63,501 nucleotides of DNA, from assembly GCA_027319905.1 (NCBI GenBank), contig DAHVMJ010000004.1:1-63501 (forward strand). The letters are read 5' to 3'. The notes below the pieces were generated by a model that saw only the letters and a list, made by a program, of their open reading frames with translations, had not been told where the DNA came from and made no database searches. Shown here in pieces: positions 57,355-63,501 of this stretch (the stretch's first letter is position 1; the number at the start of each line of letters is the position of its first letter). The DNA is from Candidatus Micrarchaeota archaeon (GTDB lineage Archaea > Micrarchaeota > Micrarchaeia > Micrarchaeales > CABMGC01). Made by a program: the position numbers and the translations under genes.

Positions 57355-59367
57355 ATGATTGATTCTATCGAGCTAAAGAACTGGAAGACGCACAAGGACA
57401 CCAGACTCAAATTCTCCAAGGGCACCAACATACTACTCGGCCAGATGGGTGCGGGCAAGAGCAGCATAATGGATGCTATCTCGTTTGCGCTGTTTGGCAC
57501 CTATCCCGCGATACAGCACAGACGTGTGGCTGTAAACGAGATAATAATGAACAGGCCAGAGCAGCAGGATCACGCACGTGTAAGCGTGGATTTCGGAATG
57601 GACGGCGCTGCATACCGTATCGAGCGCGATCTGGAACTCAACGGTTCTACCAAGGCCAGCATAACCAAGGATGGTGCGTACCTGCAGTCGCAGTCGCAGC
57701 GGGTCAACGAGGAGGTAGAGCGCATACTCAAGGTCGATTACGATCTGTTCTCAAGAGCGATATACTCTGAGCCGAATAGGCTGACCTATTTCTTGGAGCT
57801 TCGGCCCGCAGAGCGCAAGAAACAGATAGATGAGTTGCTCGGCCTTGACAAGTTCGCTACTGCACAGGAGAACGCCACATCGCTGGTAAATAGGATAAAG
57901 GATATTGTATCGGAGAGCGAGAAGGCGATAGCCAACTTTGATGTGAAGAAGCTCAGGGAACAGCACAAGGCGCTGCTCGATGAAGTGGAGAAGATAGCCA
58001 AGGAAAAAGAGGGGTTGTCGAGAGAGCTTGAGCTTCAAGAGAAGAAGAAAGCGAGCCTGAACGAAGAGCTGGAAAAGACAAAGGAGATGTACAACAGAAG
58101 GATATCGCTTGCAAACGAAATCGGTAGGCTGAAAAGCAAGATAGAGGTCATAGAAAAAGAGATCGAAAAGATAAAGAAGAGAGGCATTGCTGACAAGACG
58201 TCTCTGGAGAAAACGGCGTCAGAGAAGAGGAAGGGCCTTGATTCTCTTGTTGCTGAGGAGAAGAAAGCAGAGGAGGCGGAGAAGAAGACCTTCGAGGAGA
58301 TGGCGCGGCTCACTGCCGAAAAAGGCGAGCAACAGAAATGGCTCGCAGAGCTGGAGAAGCACTTCAGCAAGTGCCCTATATGCGAGAGGGAGCTATCGGG
58401 GGAAATAAGGAAAAGGATAGTGGATGAAAAGACCGCCTTGATAACCAAACTTGAGGGACAGATTAAGGAACAGAAGAACGAGAACCTCAAACTAAAGGGG
58501 AAGAGAGAGGAGGCAGCTGATGCCGTCTCAAAGGCGAAAGAGGCGCTGACAAAGCTTGAAATGGAAAAAGAGACCGTAGAAAGGCTCGAGGGCTACGTAG
58601 CCGACAAAGGCAAGTCTGCCAAGATGCTTGAGGAGAAAGAGCAAGAGCTCGGCAAGATAAAGATCGATGAGGGAAGCCTGGACAAGATGCAGAAAGAGTT
58701 CACGCAGATAAATGTCAGGGTAAAGGAGCTTGATACGAAACTCGGAATGAGTGAGAAAGAGGAGAAAGAGAAAAAGGCACAGGCTGAGGAAAAGAAGAAG
58801 GAAATAGAAACAATAGACAAGATGCACGAGGACGTGAAAAGCAAGAAAAATGCCGTTGAAAGTCTTGTGAAGTTCAAGGATGCGTTGGCAGAGACGCAAA
58901 CGGTGCTGCGCACCAGGCTGATCGGCTCGATAAATAATATTATGCAAGAGATCTGGCCTGACCTTTATCCATATGGAGATTACCGCGGCCTATTGCTCGA
59001 ACCCACTGCTGACGACTACGTATTGAAGGTGAAAACTTCACTGGAGGAGAACAACGGTTGGTCAGATGTAGATGCCATTGCGAGCGGAGGTGAGAAGAGC
59101 GTGGCGTGTCTAGCCATGCGTGTGGCCTTTGCGCTTGTCCTGGTTCCGAATCTCAGATGGATAATACTGGACGAGCCGACTCACAACATAGACCAGCAGG
59201 GCCTGGAGAAGTTCGTGAGGGCAATAAATGAGGTTCTGCCCCGGCTTGTGGAGCAGGTCTTCATAATAACGCACGATGAGATGCTCAAGCAGGCGGTCAA
59301 CGCGAAGATATATGTGCTGTCGCGAAACAAAGAAGAGAGCGGAGGCACGATGGTCGAGGCCTACTGA
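57355..59367 (+). CDS. rad50: Rad50/SbcC-like SMC-family ATPase
   Basis: GQMGAGKSS, coiled coil with CPIC zinc hook, SGGE, LDEPT and ITH motifs. Confidence 0.88.
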   Translation: MIDSIELKNWKTHKDTRLKFSKGTNILLGQMGAGKSSIMDAISFALFGTYPAIQHRRVAVNEIIMNRPEQQDHARVSVDFGMDGAAYRIERDLELNGSTKASITKDGAYLQSQSQRVNEEVERILKVDYDLFSRAIYSEPNRLTYFLELRPAERKKQIDELLGLDKFATAQENATSLVNRIKDIVSESEKAIANFDVKKLREQHKALLDEVEKIAKEKEGLSRELELQEKKKASLNEELEKTKEMYNRRISLANEIGRLKSKIEVIEKEIEKIKKRGIADKTSLEKTASEKRKGLDSLVAEEKKAEEAEKKTFEEMARLTAEKGEQQKWLAELEKHFSKCPICERELSGEIRKRIVDEKTALITKLEGQIKEQKNENLKLKGKREEAADAVSKAKEALTKLEMEKETVERLEGYVADKGKSAKMLEEKEQELGKIKIDEGSLDKMQKEFTQINVRVKELDTKLGMSEKEEKEKKAQAEEKKKEIETIDKMHEDVKSKKNAVESLVKFKDALAETQTVLRTRLIGSINNIMQEIWPDLYPYGDYRGLLLEPTADDYVLKVKTSLEENNGWSDVDAIASGGEKSVACLAMRVAFALVLVPNLRWIILDEPTHNIDQQGLEKFVRAINEVLPRLVEQVFIITHDEMLKQAVNAKIYVLSRNKEESGGTMVEAY

Positions 59368-59406
59368 AGCTAAGGCTTTTATTTTTCGTATGCGCTGTTG
59401 AGACAC

Positions 59407-60282
59407 ATGCGAAGAAGGACGGCAAAGGCACAGTCCGCAATGGAGTACCTCATGACTTACGGGTGGGCGATACTCATCATCGCAGTTGTGCTTGGCGCTC
59501 TCTTCCAGCTTGGCGTCTTCAATGCAGGCGCCTTCGCACCGCGCGCGCCTCCAGGAGCATGCCAAGTCTTCAGACCCAACGGGCCCAACACGGCGTCGCT
59601 GGTAAACCTCGAGGGCGTGTGTAGCGGAGAGCTACCACAGTATGTCGGAGTTTTCAACGGACAAACAGGCTACATCAATGCTGGCAATCAACCAGTATTG
59701 CAAGTCCAGTACCTGGCTGCTTCTGCTTGGGTCAACACAAATAGCATAGCAAACTGGCCAGATGTTGTGGACCAGTATAATAGCTGTTTGACAGGGTGGG
59801 CCTTAAGAGTATCTAACGCCGGTAGCGGCTACCCAGAATATGTTGTAAATATAGGCAACTCTGAATACGGGATTGATTCTAACTTAAAAATACCTCTAAA
59901 TAGTTGGGTAAACCTTGTAGAAACTTGGAATGGTGTAGCTGTAACTGGATATATGAATGGACAGCTTGTCGCTGGACCGGCGAATCCGACATTTTCCGGG
60001 TCGATATCATCAACGCAATCAGTACTCATAGGAGAAGGATGCGGTGGATATTTGTCTGGTTCAATAGCCAACGTCCAGATCTACAACACCTCGCTCACTA
60101 GCCCAGAAGTCAATGCGCTGTACGCTGAGGGTATTGGAGGCGCGCCTATCAAACTCTCAAACCTCGTGAGCTGGTGGCCTCTCAACGGGAACGCGAACGA
60201 CTACAGCGGAAACAACAACAACGGAGTCCCGAGCGCGGTGACGTACACGAACCAGTGGAGTTCAGGGTATACTGCACCGTGA
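59407..60282 (+). CDS. Class III signal peptide LamG-domain surface protein (paralog 2)
   Basis: Same N- and C-terminal blocks as 28027-29007. Confidence 0.85.
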   Translation: MRRRTAKAQSAMEYLMTYGWAILIIAVVLGALFQLGVFNAGAFAPRAPPGACQVFRPNGPNTASLVNLEGVCSGELPQYVGVFNGQTGYINAGNQPVLQVQYLAASAWVNTNSIANWPDVVDQYNSCLTGWALRVSNAGSGYPEYVVNIGNSEYGIDSNLKIPLNSWVNLVETWNGVAVTGYMNGQLVAGPANPTFSGSISSTQSVLIGEGCGGYLSGSIANVQIYNTSLTSPEVNALYAEGIGGAPIKLSNLVSWWPLNGNANDYSGNNNNGVPSAVTYTNQWSSGYTAP

Positions 60283-60292
60283 TTACTAAGTA

Positions 60293-61333
60293 CTATAGCA
60301 TTCCCAATCCTAAGCCGCTTTCCTCCTTGGGCTCCCTGCCGAGCACGGACGTGCCACTAACTCCTGTGAATATGCCTATTATCTCAGCCTTGCCCATGTA
60401 GTCGGGGTCGAGCCTTGCACCCCAGGTCACGTTGGCGTTTGTGGCTACGCTATCCGTAAGCTTGGTCGCTATCTCGTTGGCTTCGCCAAGCGTGAGGTCG
60501 GGGCCGCCGATTATGTGGAGCAGCACCCCACTCGCCTTAGAATAGTCAACATCCAGCAGCTTGTTCTTGAGCGTCGATTTTACCGCGTCATCGACCTTGT
60601 TGGACCCTTGGCCCATGCCGACGCTTATCATCGCCAGACCTCCCGCGGCCATTATTGTGCGTACGTCAGCAAAGTCTAGGTTAATCAGGCTCGGCTGGGT
60701 TATCGTTTCTGTTATTCCGCGAACAGCTTTTGCAGTTATCTCATCGGCAGTCATGAAGGTCTTTTCTATGGGCAGGTTGGGATACAAAGTTACAAGTTTC
60801 TGGTTGTCTATTACAACGACTGTGTCAAGGTTCTGCCTTAGCTTCTCTATTCCCTTCCTCGCGGTTTCCAGCCTCACCCTCTCGAGGGAGAACGGCAAGG
60901 TGACTATGCCTATAACTATAGCCCCGGCCTCCTTGGCGACCCTTGCGACAACAGGCATGGCCCCAGTGCCCGTGCCTCCACCCATTCCCGCTGTTATGAA
61001 AACAAGGTTTGTATCCTTGAGCAGAAACTCTATCTCGTTCCTCGATAACTCTGCCGATTTCTCTCCTATATCAGGAAACCCTCCGGCGCCGAGCCCGTGG
61101 GTCAGTTCCTTCCCCAGAATCAGTTTTGTTATGCTTGGATTCAGCATGCCGAGGTGCTTTGCGTCGGTATTGAAGGCGAAAAGGCCCGCGCCTTTTATGT
61201 CCATGAGGCTGAGTCTCTGAACCGTATTGTTTCCGCCGCCTCCCACTCCGACCACAGCTATCTTCGGTTTGAAGTACTCGAACTCTTGAGGGATTGTGCC
61301 TTGTGTTGGTTCTACCGGGTCGCCACCGTACAT
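60293..61333 (-). CDS. ftsZ: Cell division protein FtsZ
   Basis: GVGGGGNN, GMGGGTGTG and INLDFAD motifs. Confidence 0.97.
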   Translation of the reverse strand: MYGGDPVEPTQGTIPQEFEYFKPKIAVVGVGGGGNNTVQRLSLMDIKGAGLFAFNTDAKHLGMLNPSITKLILGKELTHGLGAGGFPDIGEKSAELSRNEIEFLLKDTNLVFITAGMGGGTGTGAMPVVARVAKEAGAIVIGIVTLPFSLERVRLETARKGIEKLRQNLDTVVVIDNQKLVTLYPNLPIEKTFMTADEITAKAVRGITETITQPSLINLDFADVRTIMAAGGLAMISVGMGQGSNKVDDAVKSTLKNKLLDVDYSKASGVLLHIIGGPDLTLGEANEIATKLTDSVATNANVTWGARLDPDYMGKAEIIGIFTGVSGTSVLGREPKEESGLGLGML

Positions 61334-61379
61334 TTTACCACGCATTATACTCGATGGCAAAGATAAAAATACTTTCTTG

Positions 61380-62123
61380 CTAGGAAGAGAGCAGTTCATC
61401 ACTGTCGTTTTCCGGGAGTTCGTACCACCTTGCCCTCTCGCCAAGTTTTGCCCTGAGCTTCCAACCCGTGCTCTTCGGGTATTCATTCATCATTGACACG
61501 AGCTTCTGGGCTCTCGGCACGATTACGTTCTCGCTGTCAGAACCCGTCGCGCGAGCGTGATCTATCATCTCATTGATACTCTTGGCGAACGTAGTATACA
61601 GCCCCCAGTCCTTTGAGCACAGCGCGGCGATTTCATCGCCACGTATGCAGCCCAAACCTCCTTTCTCCACATCGAAGTCGTGGAAGCCCAGCATCAGGTC
61701 CTTGTATTCCTTCTCCGTCTTCTGCACTACCTGCAGCTTCGTCATCATGAGTTGGGTTATGGGAAGCGTGTACGTGTCTGCGAGTATGCTTGGCCTGAAG
61801 TCGAATTTGTGGCACATTGCAAACTCGTTTAGGAAAATGTCTATCCTGAACTTGTCTGCAGTGTTATAGTAGATGAGCCTTTGGCCCATATTGAGTTTGT
61901 TGAACATTTCGCGCGGCTTGTAACCCAGCGACTCCATTGCTTTCTGAATATTTTTGGTTTCTTCGCGTCTTCCTATGAGGTCTATGTCCTTGTTCTCTCT
62001 GTAGAAACGCGGATCGCGGCAGCTCGGGCACAGTCTCTTGAACGCCAGGCCGCCAACAGCCCTTAGCCGGGCTCCATGTAGCTCTGCTGCTTCTATTATG
62101 GCGGGCGCGGCGTCTTCTATCAC
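61380..62123 (-). CDS. Uncharacterised Pol-beta-superfamily nucleotidyltransferase; start uncertain
   Basis: GGLA..DIDL motif, IDIF, and KLQ..EK..KD. Confidence 0.7.
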   Translation of the reverse strand: MIEDAAPAIIEAAELHGARLRAVGGLAFKRLCPSCRDPRFYRENKDIDLIGRREETKNIQKAMESLGYKPREMFNKLNMGQRLIYYNTADKFRIDIFLNEFAMCHKFDFRPSILADTYTLPITQLMMTKLQVVQKTEKEYKDLMLGFHDFDVEKGGLGCIRGDEIAALCSKDWGLYTTFAKSINEMIDHARATGSDSENVIVPRAQKLVSMMNEYPKSTGWKLRAKLGERARWYELPENDSDELLSS

Positions 62124-62322
62124 CGCCTGATTTACAGAAACCCGGACTCCTTGTGCTGCAGCAACGGGCCTGAGAACCCTAAGATCTGCTTGTGGCAAGG
62201 CGCCTAGGGAAGATGCGTGATCTTGGCCTCTGATTCTCGTTTGTTCGCTTATCCCATCCCCAAAACTGAAGAAGGTTGTTGAGTTGTTAAATCTTTTAAA
62301 GTCTCGTTGCGCAAATTGATAC

Positions 62323-63501
62323 ATGATTAACTCGAAGCTTGCCGAAATGCTTGAGGAAATAGCAGACATGCTCGAGCTCGAGGGAGAGAAGTACAGCAGG
62401 TTTGAGGTGCTCGCCTACAGGAAAGCCGCGGTAACTATAAGCGGCCTCCAGGAGGACGCTGAGGAGATTTACAAGAAGGGCGGCGTAGATGCGCTGATGG
62501 AGCTGCCCGGCATAGGCAAATCCATGGCGGGTCACATAGAGGAGTACATAAAGACAGGCAGGATAGGCAAGTATGAGAAGCTGAAGAAGAAGTACCCGCT
62601 CGACATAGCGAACCTTACGAAAATCCAGGGAATGGGAGCAAAAAAGGCTTTCAAGCTCTACAAGGAACTGGGGGTGAAGAATGTCGATGATCTCAAGAAG
62701 GCGCTCGCGCGGCACAAGATAAAAGACCTGGAGGGATTTGGAGAGCAGAGCGAGGCACAGATGCAGAAAGGCATGGAGTTCCTTGAGAGTGGCGGAGGAA
62801 GGATGCTGCTTGGTTCCGCGCTTCCGGAAGCAGAAGCAGTAAGAGACAAGCTGCTGAAATCTGGGCTTGTAGAGAAGGCGATAATTGGCGGATCCACCAG
62901 AAGGATGAAGGAAACTGTCGGCGACCTCGACATACTTCTGATCTCAAGCAAGGGCCAGAAGGTTATGGATTTTATCACCTCAATGCAGGAGGTTGAGAGC
63001 GTTATCGCGAAAGGCCCAACGAAAACATCGGTCAGGCTTAAGATAGGGCTTAACTGCGATTTCAGGCTCGTAGAGAAGACCAGCTTCGGGGCTGCGCTGC
63101 AGTATTTCACGGGCAACAAGGACCACAATGTCAAGCTCAGGGAGATAGCGATAAAGAAGAAACTCAAGCTCAACGAGTACGGGCTTTTCGATAAGAAGAA
63201 CAAGAACCTCGCCGCTGGGGAAGACGAGGAAGAGGTATACAAGACACTCGGCCTTGATTGGATGGAGCCGGAAATGAGGGAAAACAGAGGCGAGATCGAC
63301 CTCGCTCTGCAGCACATGCTGCCCAAGCTGGTGAAACTTGAAGACATGAAAGGTGACCTGCATGTGCACAGCAAGCATAGCGGCGACAGCTCCAACAGCT
63401 TTGATGAGATCGCCGTGGAGATGAAGCGCCTTGGAAGGAACTACGCGGGTATAACAGACCACTCGAAGAGCGAGTACATGAACAGAGGGCTGGATGACAG
63501 G
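62323..63501 (+). CDS. polX: DNA polymerase X with PHP domain (runs off the window end)
   Basis: AYRKAA, LPGIG, GSTRR.KETVGDLD, YFTG, LNEYG, GDLHVHS and ITDHS motifs. Confidence 0.95.
   Translation, partial: MINSKLAEMLEEIADMLELEGEKYSRFEVLAYRKAAVTISGLQEDAEEIYKKGGVDALMELPGIGKSMAGHIEEYIKTGRIGKYEKLKKKYPLDIANLTKIQGMGAKKAFKLYKELGVKNVDDLKKALARHKIKDLEGFGEQSEAQMQKGMEFLESGGGRMLLGSALPEAEAVRDKLLKSGLVEKAIIGGSTRRMKETVGDLDILLISSKGQKVMDFITSMQEVESVIAKGPTKTSVRLKIGLNCDFRLVEKTSFGAALQYFTGNKDHNVKLREIAIKKKLKLNEYGLFDKKNKNLAAGEDEEEVYKTLGLDWMEPEMRENRGEIDLALQHMLPKLVKLEDMKGDLHVHSKHSGDSSNSFDEIAVEMKRLGRNYAGITDHSKSEYMNRGLDDR

Noticed and set aside
62296..63462. Minus-strand ORFs at the window end, and many similar antisense ORFs throughout
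   Set aside because: Shadows of well-supported opposite-strand genes (here polX, which is missing from the track because it has no stop in the window)
1..63501. CRISPR array or cas genes
   Set aside because: No regularly spaced direct repeats or Cas motifs were seen

Overview
Gene-dense archaeal chromosomal segment. The archaeal ribosomal proteins, aEF-1alpha, Spt5, BHB-type tRNA introns and KAQSAMEY class III signal-peptide LamG proteins point to a DPANN archaeon, most likely Micrarchaeota (inference). Housekeeping content: EF-1alpha/S10, L1-L10-P1, spt5-L11, part of the large r-protein operon (Rpp29 to uS5), EF-1beta, a stand-alone 5S rRNA and five tRNAs (two with introns). It also carries an isoprenoid cluster (IPK, MvaD-like decarboxylase, type-1 IDI, prenyl synthase), a bacterial-type MetK, ScpAB, Rad50, FtsZ and PolX. 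The main accessory feature is a 3.5-kb element integrated at the 3' end of tRNA-Val(CAC) and bounded by a perfect 18-bp att repeat. Its tyrosine integrase frame runs through the att site and gains an in-frame ATG only in the excised circle. Its cargo is an AT-rich, translationally coupled three-gene operon (Zn-ribbon protein, SocA/Panacea-like wHTH protein, catalytically divergent TGT-fold protein), the best candidate here for an undescribed defence or toxin-antitoxin system. A decayed, integrase-less sister element with the same 204-bp att-proximal module appears to sit at tRNA-Arg(GCG). All assignments come from motif recognition by eye; no database searches were run.
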